Shown here: positions 35,599-45,210 of the stretch, piece after piece
Layout: each line of letters opens with the position of its first letter
Numbering within the stretch: the stretch's first letter is position 1
DNA from: an uncultured Bacteroidales bacterium
Lineage (GTDB): Bacteria; Bacteroidota; Bacteroidia; Bacteroidales; CAIWKO01
Assembly (NCBI GenBank): GCA_903913285.1
Contig: CAIWKO010000067.1
Span: 204 to 64,203, forward strand
DNA: 64,000 nucleotides
Direction: 5' to 3'
Program-made: the position numbers and the translations under genes
Notes under the pieces: model-generated
Database searches by the model: none
Seen by the model: only the letters and a program-made list of their open reading frames with translations
Told to the model about the DNA's origin: nothing

Positions 35599-38500
35599 AT
35601 GCGAAAGTTTTTAATCTTCCTTGCCTTTTTCCTCATCTCGTTCATCGTTGTATCGCACGAAAAAGATTCGCTCGATGCCAAACAACTGCGCTTTTTCGAG
35701 AACAAGGGACAATGGGATAAAAGCATCCGCTACAAAGCCGACCTCAACGAAGGCTACCTTCAATGCCTCCCCAACAGCTTGTGTTACGTGTTTCGCGATC
35801 AGTCGAAGCTGAACGATTTGTTGTCGTTCAAACTGCGCGCCCACGGCAAAGATATCAAACCCGATTCGCTCGATTTCATCATCAACTACCACGCCTACCG
35901 CACCAATTTCCTGAATTCGAATAAAGATGTTATCGTTAAAGGATACGAAGCCGCCGCCGACTACAGCAATTATTTTATCGGCAACGACCGCTCCAGATGG
36001 GCATCGAAGGTTTTAAACTACAGCCGGGTTAAATACGAGGGGCTTTACAAAAACACCGATCTGGAACTATCGGAAAAAGACCATTTGCTCGAATATCAGT
36101 TCATCTTGCATCCCGGCGCCGACCCTAATAACATTTTGATGGAATACGAAGGTGCGAACAGCATTTCGCTTCAACACTCCAACCTGATCATAACTACTTC
36201 GGTAAATCAGATAACAGAACTGGCTCCCGTGGCGTATCAGATCATCAACGGAACCAAAACCAACATCGTGTGCAATTTCAAGCTGAATAAGAACAAACTC
36301 TCGTTCGAATTTCCGCAGGGATATAACAAAGATTACGAACTCATCATCGATCCCGTGCTCATCTTCTCCACCTTTTCGGGTTCGCATGCCGACAACTGGG
36401 GTTTTACGGCCACCTACGACGAATTAGGCGATACCTATTCGGGAGGCATTTGTTTTAACGATGTTATCAACGGCTATCTGGTTTCGCCGGGAGCTTTTCA
36501 GATGAATTTTGCAGGTGGCGAAGGCACGTATCCATATGGTTCTCCCACCCCCGGTTGCGATGTGGCGATCATAAAATACGACCCCACGGGTCATAACAGG
36601 CTTTTTGCAACCTATCTGGGTGGCTCAAAGAACGATCTTCCCCACAGTATCATTGTCGATCATGAAGGAAACCTGCTGGTGTTCGGAACCACCGGTTCGA
36701 ACAATTTCCCCATGACACACAATGCCTTCGATTCAACCTTCAACGGCGGCACCAACATTACCTACGATTATGTGCTTACTTTTTCGATGGGAGTGGATAT
36801 GTATCTGGCAAAACTGAGCACCGACGGTACACAATTATTGAATTCAACTTATGTGGGTGGTTCGAGCAACGACGGGATGAACTTTTTTGCTCCATTGAAT
36901 CATAACTATGCCGATGGAGCCCGGGGTGAAATAAATATCGACAACAATAACAACGTGTATGTGGTTTCATCCACCGCTTCAATTGATTTTCCGGTATCTG
37001 CCACGGCTTTCCAACCCATTTATGGGGGCGGCAACCTCGATGGATGCGTGTTTGTGATGGACAACCATCTTCACAGCATGATCTGGTCGTCGTATATAGG
37101 CGGCTCCGACCTGGATGCGGTGTATGGAGTTGTTATCGACGATAGTTCGAATGTTTACATATGCGGTGGCACGGCATCAACAAATTTCCCTACAACATCA
37201 GGTGTACTTCACCCTGCTTATGGCGGCGGACCTGCTGACGGATTTATTTCAAAAATATCATCCAACGGCAGCGTTTTGCTCAGATCTACCTATTACGGAA
37301 CTTTGTTTTACGATCAGGTTTACCTGATGGACCGCAGCAAACAGGGTTATATATATGTTTACGGACAAACCGCCGATCCCGGAAGCTCTTTTATATATAA
37401 TGCGGCATGGAATCACCCGGGCGCCGGGCAGTTTATCAGTAAAATTTATCCTAATCTGAATAGTTTGGTGTGGTCAACCGCTTTTGGCACCGGAAACGGC
37501 GGCCCCGATATATCGCCAACAGCCTTTTTGGTCGATCTTTGCGATAAAATTTATCTTTCCGGATGGGGAGGCGCAGTAAATAGTTTTGGAGGCACTTCGG
37601 GATTGCCTATCAGCAGCGATGCCTATCAAAGCACCACCGATAACAGCGATTTCTATCTTTTGGTGATCAGCGATGATGCATCTACCATGGTTTACGGAAC
37701 GTATTACGGCGGTCCGGTAAGCTATGAACATGTAGATGGAGGCACCAGCCGTTTCGACCGTAAAGGCAAGATATATCAATCGGTTTGTGCCGGTTGCGGC
37801 GGTCACAGCGATTTCCCCACAACACCTTCGGCCTGGTCGAACATGAACAACAGCACCAACTGTAACAATGCCGTGTTTAAATTTGATTTTATGCTGCCCA
37901 TCACCATTGCCGATTTTCAGTTGCCTCCGGTGATCTGTTTACCCGATTCGGTTCATTTCACAAATTTGTCCTATTCTGGCGGAGCGGGAATGACTTATAT
38001 ATGGACTTTTGGAGACGGCAATTCTTCAACCGCGGCCAACCCAACGCATTATTATAATAGTTCGGGAGTTTATAACGTTACCCTTGCCGTGACGGATACG
38101 GGAACCTGTAACTTTTCAGATACGATATCGAAACAGGTGGTGGTGCTGTCAAATTCAAGTGATACCATTCCCACGAAATATATTTGTCTGGGTGATTTTA
38201 TTCAGATCGGAATACTTCCGACAGCTGATACTAATGTTACTTATCATTGGATACCTCCGACTGCACTGAGCGATGCGTATATATGCAATCCAATTTCCAG
38301 TGCAAGCAGCACAACCGTGTATACCTTGTTTGTTTCGAACGGTGTTTGTACCGATACCCTGAGGCAACGATTGGTTGTTTATGATCTGGATGCTTATGGC
38401 GGCATCGATACTGCAACATGCGATGGTCATATAACGTTAACGGCTAATACGTCTCAGGATGTCAATTCAGTTCAATGGTCTTCAACTCATGATTTCACGG

Positions 38501-39603
38501 ATTGGCTGAACAATCCGCATACAAATCCTTCAATGACGGCTACCATAGTAGCTCCTACCTATTATTATGTTAGTGTAAGCAATGGATATTGCAGTGCAAT
38601 TGATAGTGTTTTGGTTACATTTGTAGTAGTGGCCGATTCATTTCAAAAAGCATTGCCGGCATGTCATGGTTTATGTGATGGTTGGGCTGCATTGATTGTT
38701 GCCTCCGGCACTCCTCCTTATACCTATCATTGGAGTAATGGAGGAATAACCGATACTATATCGAACCTTTGTGCAGGCACGTATACGGTTACTGTTACAG
38801 ATAATTCGTCGTGTATTTCCATTTCAACTGTTGTAATTTCTGAGCCTGCTCCCTTAACAGCAACCCCGGTCTTAACCAACATTCCGTGCAACGAAGCTTG
38901 TATTGGTAGTATTATATTGAATCCAAGCGGAGGTTCACCTCCTTATTCGTATAGCTGGAGCAACGGCAAAACATCAAATTCGCTGACGGGTTTATGTGCC
39001 GGTAGTTATTCAATAACAATTACCGACTCAAAACAATGCCAGTTTTCGAACTCATATAACATCATCATTGACTCTATTTTTAAGAACGTACATGTATATG
39101 CCGATAAGGATAGTATATATCAGGGTCAGTCAACGGGTTTGCATGCAACCACAATTTCGGGTTGCACCTATACCTGGGAGCCTTCCACCTATCTGGACGA
39201 TCCGAATTCTCCGAATCCGTCCACCACTCCCGATCATACCATAACATATTATTTAACCATATCAGACGGAAACGGATGTATTTATGCTGATACACTAAGG
39301 ATCGTGGTAATGGATGTTTATTGTACTGAGCCTTACATTTATGTTCCCAATGCATTTACCCCGAATGGTGATCTGAAAAATGATAAAGTATTTGTGAGAA
39401 GCAAAATGGTTGACGATGTTAGTTTTTTAATTTACGATCGCTGGGGCGAAAAAGTATTTGAAACAACTGATATTCATAACGGGTGGGATGGAACCTATAA
39501 TGGCAAAACATGCGACCCGGGGGTTTTTGTTTATTATCTTAAAGCTACCTGTTTTAATAAAACTACCTACCTGAAAAAAGGGAATATCACATTAATACGA
39601 TAA
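35599..39603 (+). CDS. large cell-surface adhesin-like protein (beta-propeller/SBBP-like repeats, PKD domain, SprB repeats, type B T9SS C-terminal domain)
   Basis: Signal peptide. Repeated YLGGS..D / YIGGS..D propeller-like units. PKD motif FTNLSYSGGAGMTYIWTFGDGNSS...GVYNVTLAVTD. SprB-type repeats (CHGLCDGWA...GTPPYTYHWSNG; CNEACIGSI..GGSPPYSYSWSNG). C-terminal VPNAFTPNGDLKNDKVF...YDRWGEKVFE...GWDGTYNGK...GVFVYYL. Confidence 0.85.
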   Translation: MRKFLIFLAFFLISFIVVSHEKDSLDAKQLRFFENKGQWDKSIRYKADLNEGYLQCLPNSLCYVFRDQSKLNDLLSFKLRAHGKDIKPDSLDFIINYHAYRTNFLNSNKDVIVKGYEAAADYSNYFIGNDRSRWASKVLNYSRVKYEGLYKNTDLELSEKDHLLEYQFILHPGADPNNILMEYEGANSISLQHSNLIITTSVNQITELAPVAYQIINGTKTNIVCNFKLNKNKLSFEFPQGYNKDYELIIDPVLIFSTFSGSHADNWGFTATYDELGDTYSGGICFNDVINGYLVSPGAFQMNFAGGEGTYPYGSPTPGCDVAIIKYDPTGHNRLFATYLGGSKNDLPHSIIVDHEGNLLVFGTTGSNNFPMTHNAFDSTFNGGTNITYDYVLTFSMGVDMYLAKLSTDGTQLLNSTYVGGSSNDGMNFFAPLNHNYADGARGEINIDNNNNVYVVSSTASIDFPVSATAFQPIYGGGNLDGCVFVMDNHLHSMIWSSYIGGSDLDAVYGVVIDDSSNVYICGGTASTNFPTTSGVLHPAYGGGPADGFISKISSNGSVLLRSTYYGTLFYDQVYLMDRSKQGYIYVYGQTADPGSSFIYNAAWNHPGAGQFISKIYPNLNSLVWSTAFGTGNGGPDISPTAFLVDLCDKIYLSGWGGAVNSFGGTSGLPISSDAYQSTTDNSDFYLLVISDDASTMVYGTYYGGPVSYEHVDGGTSRFDRKGKIYQSVCAGCGGHSDFPTTPSAWSNMNNSTNCNNAVFKFDFMLPITIADFQLPPVICLPDSVHFTNLSYSGGAGMTYIWTFGDGNSSTAANPTHYYNSSGVYNVTLAVTDTGTCNFSDTISKQVVVLSNSSDTIPTKYICLGDFIQIGILPTADTNVTYHWIPPTALSDAYICNPISSASSTTVYTLFVSNGVCTDTLRQRLVVYDLDAYGGIDTATCDGHITLTANTSQDVNSVQWSSTHDFTDWLNNPHTNPSMTATIVAPTYYYVSVSNGYCSAIDSVLVTFVVVADSFQKALPACHGLCDGWAALIVASGTPPYTYHWSNGGITDTISNLCAGTYTVTVTDNSSCISISTVVISEPAPLTATPVLTNIPCNEACIGSIILNPSGGSPPYSYSWSNGKTSNSLTGLCAGSYSITITDSKQCQFSNSYNIIIDSIFKNVHVYADKDSIYQGQSTGLHATTISGCTYTWEPSTYLDDPNSPNPSTTPDHTITYYLTISDGNGCIYADTLRIVVMDVYCTEPYIYVPNAFTPNGDLKNDKVFVRSKMVDDVSFLIYDRWGEKVFETTDIHNGWDGTYNGKTCDPGVFVYYLKATCFNKTTYLKKGNITLIR

Positions 39604-39636
39604 TAAAAAAAGCGGAAGATCTTCCGCTTTTTTTTA
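39604..39636. terminator. bidirectional intrinsic terminator
   Basis: Perfect palindrome agcggaagatcttccgct flanked by A7 and T8, between convergent genes. Confidence 0.85.
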
Positions 39637-39642
39637 TCTGCT

Positions 39643-41205
39643 TTATTTCTTAATCTTTCTCACCGAATCGATAACCGTTCCATCAACCCATTTGATCACA
39701 GCTACGATCTCATCTTCAAATTCTAATTTTTCGGGAACACCGCATATTTTTTCTGCTTCAGCTTTTAATTCCTGTATGGTTTTTATAGGAAGCTTCGAAT
39801 TTTTCATTTTCTCGATCAGATCAACGCGCAGCGGATTTATTGCAATTCCGCGTTCGGTAACAATAACATCTATCAATTCACCGGGACCGCAAATAGTAGT
39901 AACTTCATCGATGATAACAGGTATACGATCGCGAAACAATGGAATCGGTAAAATTGTGCATTTTGCGAACAAACAATTTTGCCATCCGCCGATGCCATGC
40001 AACAGCACACCATCAGAGTGAGTAACTACATTGGCATTAAAGTTCACATCGACTTCTGTAGCGCCCAGGATCGCAACATCTATCATCGAAGCAAAATTAC
40101 CCTTGCCGTGATAATTATAGCTAGTAAATGGACTTGTGTTCACATGTCCAGGATTTTCACGCATAGAACGCACACCTTCCAGGTCGAAAGTTTGTCCGTC
40201 GAGTATATAATCGGTAAGACCTTCTTCGAGCATTTTAACCAAATACTTATTGCTGCCTCCTCTGGCAAAACGGGCTTTCATACCCCGTTCGCGCAAGATA
40301 TCTGCAAAATAAACTCCGATAGATAGGGCTGTACCACCTGCTCCGGCCTGAAACGAGAATCCGTCATGAATAATTCCAGTTTCATCACAGAACTGAGCCG
40401 ACATTTCGGCTAATAACAATCTGTCGGGGCTTTTGGTTATTTCAGTAGTTCCGGAAACGATCTTCTCGGGGATTCCAATTTTGTCCATCACTACAACATG
40501 ATCGACATAGTTTCCGTGAATTTGCCAGGGAATGCAAGGAAACGGAACTAAGTTATCAGTAACAACAATTACCTTGTCGGCATATTGCGAATCGGCAAGA
40601 GCAAAGCCAAGTAAACCGCAGGCTGCAGGTCCTCTGTCACCGGTTGCATTTCCGAAAGGATCTGCGGTAGGTGCTGCAATCACAGCAATATCAATATGTA
40701 CATCCCCATCCTGAACCGCCTGATATCTTCCACCATGAGAGCGAAGTACGCCAAGACCTTTCATTTTACCGTCGGATGTAAATCTTCCTAACGAACCGTT
40801 CATGCTACCTTCAATATGATGGATGGTTCCATCCTCAAGATATTTTACCAAAGGAGAATGACATTCAAAAGAAGCAGATGGGAACCAAACCATATCTTTT
40901 ATACCGAGTTCGTGAGCAATATCAAATATTTGTTCAGCTATCAGATCACCATTTCGGAAATGATGATGTGTTGAAATGGTCATGCCATCTTTAATACCGG
41001 CTTTTATGAGTGCATCTTTTAATGTAGGAATAATCTTATTTCCGTCAGCCGGAAAATCGGCGCAAGTCGCGATTGGTGGAGCATATTTCCTGCCCATCGG
41101 CTTATATTTGCCAATTCCAAGATACGCAACAGCTTCTTTTCCGTTTATTTCAGTCGGAACAATTCTTCCTAATGCGTTTTTTACAAGGTTGTCATATTTT
41201 TTCAT
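39643..41205 (-). CDS. citF: citrate lyase alpha subunit (citrate CoA-transferase)
   Basis: 520 aa, the size and overall sequence character of CitF. Immediately downstream of, and overlapping by 14 nt, a citD-citE gene. Confidence 0.8.
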   Translation of the reverse strand: MKKYDNLVKNALGRIVPTEINGKEAVAYLGIGKYKPMGRKYAPPIATCADFPADGNKIIPTLKDALIKAGIKDGMTISTHHHFRNGDLIAEQIFDIAHELGIKDMVWFPSASFECHSPLVKYLEDGTIHHIEGSMNGSLGRFTSDGKMKGLGVLRSHGGRYQAVQDGDVHIDIAVIAAPTADPFGNATGDRGPAACGLLGFALADSQYADKVIVVTDNLVPFPCIPWQIHGNYVDHVVVMDKIGIPEKIVSGTTEITKSPDRLLLAEMSAQFCDETGIIHDGFSFQAGAGGTALSIGVYFADILRERGMKARFARGGSNKYLVKMLEEGLTDYILDGQTFDLEGVRSMRENPGHVNTSPFTSYNYHGKGNFASMIDVAILGATEVDVNFNANVVTHSDGVLLHGIGGWQNCLFAKCTILPIPLFRDRIPVIIDEVTTICGPGELIDVIVTERGIAINPLRVDLIEKMKNSKLPIKTIQELKAEAEKICGVPEKLEFEDEIVAVIKWVDGTVIDSVRKIKK

Positions 41206-42421
41206 CGTCTTCTTCTCTCCAATTTTTTGAAATTTTACCTAATGAAACAGCAACTTCAATTGTCTTTTCAGCTCTTTTAACCACAGGGGCATCGATCATC
41301 TTTGTACCTAATGAAACAACTCCTAATCCTTTTTCTCTTGCTTCGATAAAAGCTTTCACAATTTTTTTAGCTTTTTCTATTTCTGAAGCATCGGGTGCGA
41401 AGTTTTCATGAATAACCCTTATTTGACGAGGATGTATACAACCCATTCCGTCAAATCCGAGTGCTTTAGACTTTAAAACGTTTTGTTTTAATCCTTCCAA
41501 ATCGGCCACATCCGAAAAAACCGAATCTATGGGTTGAATTCCGGCAGCACGACAAACATTAACAACCATACTTCTGGCGAAAAAAGATTCAGAAGCTTCG
41601 GCAGTTCTTCTTATTCCAAGGTCAGCCGTATAATCTTCCAATCCTATTGCCATAGCAACTATGTTTTCGGCGGCTGTAGCTATTTTTAAAGAATTCATAA
41701 CACCAAGAGCGCTTTCTATGATAGGCATGAGCCAAATAGTATAATTTATTTTGTATTTTGCCTTTAATTCATCAATTTTATTATTTACCAAATGAATTTG
41801 TTCAGCCGTTTCACATTTAGGGATAAGAATTAAGTTTACATTATGCGGCACAATGAAATCTAGATCATCTAATCCACGAGGGACCTGGTTTATGCGTACC
41901 ATTCGTTCGCAGCCATAAAAATCCAAATTTCTAAGAGCATTTCGAACTACAAAACTTGCCTCATACTTTTTATCAGGAGCAACGGCATCTTCCAAATCAA
42001 GAATAATTCCATCGGGTTTATGAATACCGGCGTTTATCATTAAACTTGTTGAATTTCCCGGCAAGTATAATCTTGAATACCGGTTTCTGTCTTTTGCTGT
42101 TTGATAATTATTTTGAGGTAAAAATGGTAGCAGAAAATTCTTTTCAGTTTCTATTAGAAGCTTTATTGCGGCTTCAATACGTGCTGCAATTAAAAAAGGT
42201 AAAGCCCCTGTGTCTTCCACGGAAATAGTTGCATCTTTTATTTCGAAGAAATCAAAGATTTCATGAATCAAGTTTGAAATACTTTGTCCATATAAGGCTT
42301 TAACTTTACTGGTTAGTTCTGTTTTAATTCCACCTGATTCATTTATTTCGATTGAAATATAACAATCAGACCTAACTCCTTTGCCTTTGTTTCCGATAGT
42401 TACAGTTTTGTCTAGTTCCAT
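41192..42421 (-). CDS. citE: citrate lyase gamma (acyl carrier, CitD) fused to beta subunit (citryl-CoA lyase, CitE)
   Basis: Residues 1-about 95 align with CitD (GNKGKGVRSDCYISI; VKALYGQSISNLIHEIFDFF; ISVEDTGALPFLIAARIEAAI). The remainder is HpcH/CitE-like (LYLPGN...IILDLEDAV, GLEDY, GFDGMGCIHPRQI, GLGVVSLGTKMIDAPV). Confidence 0.8.
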   Translation of the reverse strand: MELDKTVTIGNKGKGVRSDCYISIEINESGGIKTELTSKVKALYGQSISNLIHEIFDFFEIKDATISVEDTGALPFLIAARIEAAIKLLIETEKNFLLPFLPQNNYQTAKDRNRYSRLYLPGNSTSLMINAGIHKPDGIILDLEDAVAPDKKYEASFVVRNALRNLDFYGCERMVRINQVPRGLDDLDFIVPHNVNLILIPKCETAEQIHLVNNKIDELKAKYKINYTIWLMPIIESALGVMNSLKIATAAENIVAMAIGLEDYTADLGIRRTAEASESFFARSMVVNVCRAAGIQPIDSVFSDVADLEGLKQNVLKSKALGFDGMGCIHPRQIRVIHENFAPDASEIEKAKKIVKAFIEAREKGLGVVSLGTKMIDAPVVKRAEKTIEVAVSLGKISKNWREEDDEKI

Positions 42422-42539
42422 TATAACAAATGTTTAATTAGCGGCAAATTTAGTAAATCATTCATGATTTGCCGGATAGTTTTAGGAAAATAATTTTATG
42501 GTATGCTTTTTGAAATTAAAATATTCAAAACACTCCATC

Positions 42540-43232
42540 ATGAAAACTTTAATAATAAAATTAGCAATATGTATGATTCCTTTTTTACCATTGTGTTCAA
42601 AATTATGTGCTCAAAACACAGAAGAGGATATTATTAAAAAAGGCTATATTGATGATGCAATTATCAATATAATTATCGATCATTTGCCAAATGGCTGGAA
42701 GTTTAAAAATGAAAAGGGTTGTTTTATTATTCAGCGTCAGGATTCAATTTGGGAACTTTCAGAAAATACTTTAAATGTCCCTATTGAAAAGAGAGAAGAT
42801 AAAATTAAAAGGATACAAGCGAACGGTAAGAAAACTGTTTCAGAGATCATCATTAAATTCGAAGATAAGTGGGATTTTTTGAAAGTTCAGGAAGCTACGA
42901 TAAACAATACTTCGGTAAGTAATGATATCCGTTTGTTGCCTGATAAATATAAGATCACAGGGTTAAAGGATGCATCATTAAGTTCCAAGGAGAAGGTTGT
43001 TTATACTCCAAAAACTGATGAAGAAAAAAATAGAATTTCTAATTATAATGCTGAATTGAAACAGTTGAAAGAAAAAATAATTAAAATTCCGGATATGAGT
43101 TCGCAAAAGTACAGCTTGTTTGTTATTGCAAAGAATGGGTGTAATGACGACAACCATATTGTCTATCCTGATGCAGCATCTGTTGAATTATATACAGTGA
43201 TGGCTTTATTTAGAGAAGTTTGTGGAAAATAA
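42540..43232 (+). CDS. hypothetical secreted protein
   Basis: ATG at 42540 gives MKTLIIKLAICMIPFLPLCSKLCA/QN (signal peptide). No family recognised. Confidence 0.55.
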   Translation: MKTLIIKLAICMIPFLPLCSKLCAQNTEEDIIKKGYIDDAIINIIIDHLPNGWKFKNEKGCFIIQRQDSIWELSENTLNVPIEKREDKIKRIQANGKKTVSEIIIKFEDKWDFLKVQEATINNTSVSNDIRLLPDKYKITGLKDASLSSKEKVVYTPKTDEEKNRISNYNAELKQLKEKIIKIPDMSSQKYSLFVIAKNGCNDDNHIVYPDAASVELYTVMALFREVCGK

Positions 43233-43261
43233 AAAAAAGGACTGAATTTCAGTCCTTTTTT
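43231..43261. terminator. bidirectional intrinsic terminator
   Basis: Stem ggactga/tcagtcc (43239-43255) flanked by A8 and T6, between convergent genes. Confidence 0.8.
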
Positions 43262-43283
43262 GAAAAATAATTTATGTCAAAAA

Positions 43284-43619
43284 TCAACCTTTTCCTTGAC
43301 CGGCTTTAACTTTACTCTTGTCGGTTTTTGTAGGAGTTGTTTTTGTTCCGGTTGGTTTTGTTGTTTTTGTACCTTTTACCGGTTTTTTAGCTGCTGCTGC
43401 AATTGAATCATCTTTTACTTTTTTTACTGCTGCAATTGAATCATCTTTTACTTTTTTTACTGCTGCAATTGAATCATCTTTTGCTTTTTGAACTTTAGCA
43501 ATTGAATCTTGTTTTGCTTTTTCTTTAGCAGCTTTTTCTTGAGCACTTGGTCCGCAAGCTATCATAGCAGCCATGCCGACAATTACTAACAAACTAAATA
43601 ATTTTTTCATTTTTTTCAA
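43284..43619 (-). CDS. Lys/Ala-rich repeat lipoprotein (paralog 1 of 2)
   Basis: Lipobox MIACG. Three 11-aa repeats KDDSIAAVKKV encoded by three 33-bp DNA repeats (43395-43493). T/K-rich tail. Confidence 0.7.
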   Translation of the reverse strand: MKKMKKLFSLLVIVGMAAMIACGPSAQEKAAKEKAKQDSIAKVQKAKDDSIAAVKKVKDDSIAAVKKVKDDSIAAAAKKPVKGTKTTKPTGTKTTPTKTDKSKVKAGQGKG

Positions 43620-43641
43620 AGTTTTGGTTATTAATAGTTGA

Positions 43642-43649
43642 CAAAATTA
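43642..43649 (-). promoter_or_regulatory. Bacteroidota -7 promoter box (TAnnTTTG)
   Basis: Plus strand caaaatta = minus strand TAATTTTG, 23 nt upstream of ATG 43619. Confidence 0.45.
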
Positions 43650-43754
43650 GTAAAAAAAAAGATTATGCAACAAAAAACTTATTTTTTTTTCAACAAGTTA
43701 ATGAACTTTTTAGTTTAAATTGAAATGAATGGTGAATTGGAAAAAATCTTAAAT

Positions 43755-43789
43755 AAAAAAAAGGGCTGAATTTCAGCCCTTTTTTTTTA
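43755..43789. terminator. intrinsic terminator (near-copy of the 43231-43261 hairpin)
   Basis: Stem gggctga/tcagccc with the same aattt loop context, flanked by A8 and T9. Lies downstream of the minus-strand gene ending at 43807. Confidence 0.8.
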
Positions 43790-43806
43790 TAAAGTTTTGC
43801 TAAGCA

Positions 43807-44142
43807 CTATTTTTTTGGCTTAGGAGTAGTTTTTGTAGCTGTAGTAGTAGTTTTTGTTGTTTTTGTTCCAGTAGTAGTTTTTGTTGTTTTTGCACCTTTT
43901 ACTGGTTTTTTTGCTGCTGCTGCTGCAATTGAATCTTCTTTTGCTTTTTGAACTTTAGCAATTGAATCTTGTTTTGCTTGTTGAACTTTAGCAATTGAAT
44001 CCTGAGTAGCTTGTTCTTTTTGAACTTTAGCTATAGAATCTTGTTTTGCTTTTTCTTTTGCTGCTTTTTCTTGAGCGCTAGGTCCGCAAGCTACGATTGC
44101 TACCATACCAGCAATTACGAGTAATGATAATAATTTTTTCAT
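43807..44142 (-). CDS. Lys/Ala-rich repeat lipoprotein (paralog 2 of 2)
   Basis: Same N-terminus as 43284-43619 (LLVIAGM.A.VACGPSAQEKAAKEKAKQDSIAKVQK). QDSIAKVQ repeats. TTKT-rich tail. Confidence 0.7.
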   Translation of the reverse strand: MKKLLSLLVIAGMVAIVACGPSAQEKAAKEKAKQDSIAKVQKEQATQDSIAKVQQAKQDSIAKVQKAKEDSIAAAAAKKPVKGAKTTKTTTGTKTTKTTTTATKTTPKPKK

Positions 44143-44175
44143 TGTTTTTTAAGTTTTTTAAATGATTTTGGGTTA

Positions 44176-44183
44176 CAAAAGTA
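44176..44183 (-). promoter_or_regulatory. Bacteroidota -7 promoter box (TAnnTTTG)
   Basis: Plus strand caaaagta = minus strand TACTTTTG, 34 nt upstream of ATG 44142. Confidence 0.45.
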
Positions 44184-44310
44184 ATACATTATTTTTATTT
44201 TCAAAATTTTTTCAAAAATAATTTTAGTTTTTATTCCTTTTTTATATAATTTTGCATCTAAATTATTAGAAAAATCAATAACTATTTATAAACTAAAAAT
44301 TAATGAAATT

Positions 44311-44979
44311 ATGAAAAAATTATCTTTTTTGCTTGCTTCGATTGTTTTATTCGGTGGCATGATTACCATTTCCAGTTGTTCGAAAACCGATACTACCTCT
44401 CCGGTGGTTACGTTGACAAATGATGATGCAACTCATAACAGAGTGGCTCAATTTAGTATTACTACTTATGTAGACCCAGGTTCAACCGTGACCGACGATA
44501 TTGATAAAAGTTTAGTTGCTACTGTTGCTGGTACTGTTAATATGCTTTCAGCCGGTGATTATCCTTTGGTTTATACTGCTACTGATAAAGCAGGTAATAA
44601 AGGTACTGCAACCAGAACTGTTACAGTTGATGGAGGTATGTATTTAGCAGGATCGTTTAATGCCGAGGATTTTGATGCCAGTAATGTTTCACAAGGTACA
44701 TATACTGAAACTTGTGCTTCTTCAACGATTACTACTAATAAAATTAATTTTACAAAGTTTGCCTTCTATACGAATGGTTCCGTTTATGGTACCTGTTCAG
44801 GAACTACTATCACGATTCCTCAACAAACTGTTACTTGCGGAAGTGTGGGTAATGTAGCTGACAGAACTTTCACAGGTTCGGGTACATATTCTTCAGCTAA
44901 TCGTAATTTTACTATTAATTATTCTGAAACTACGAATAGTACTACGGTAACCGGACATGATACTTATTCAGCGTTCTAA
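44311..44979 (+). CDS. lipoprotein with DUF5011-like Ig domain (paralog 1 of 5)
   Basis: Lipobox ISSCS. PVVTLTNDD...YVDPGSTVTDDIDKS...AGDYPLVYTATDKAGNKGTATRTVTV is typical of the DUF5011 Ig-like module. Has a second shared C-terminal domain. Confidence 0.7.
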   Translation: MKKLSFLLASIVLFGGMITISSCSKTDTTSPVVTLTNDDATHNRVAQFSITTYVDPGSTVTDDIDKSLVATVAGTVNMLSAGDYPLVYTATDKAGNKGTATRTVTVDGGMYLAGSFNAEDFDASNVSQGTYTETCASSTITTNKINFTKFAFYTNGSVYGTCSGTTITIPQQTVTCGSVGNVADRTFTGSGTYSSANRNFTINYSETTNSTTVTGHDTYSAF

Positions 44980-44998
44980 AAATATTTCTACTAAATAA

Positions 44999-45036
44999 TA
45001 AAAAAGAGGCTGCACGATTCGGGCAGCCTCTTTTTA
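44999..45036 (+). terminator. intrinsic terminator
   Basis: Stem gaggctgc/gcagcctc (45006-45030) followed by T5. Confidence 0.8.
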
Positions 45037-45210
45037 TTATTCTTGAGTCGTATTGCAAAAAAAATACAGCGGTCAGAAACTTCTGAGATATTAAATCAGG
45101 TTTTATAGCTTGTTTTTATTTTCTGTTTCGGAATTTTTCTTAAATTTGTACAAATTATAGATTCATTTTATTTATCACTTAAAAAAGTATTCACCAAAAT
45201 TTCAACCGAT

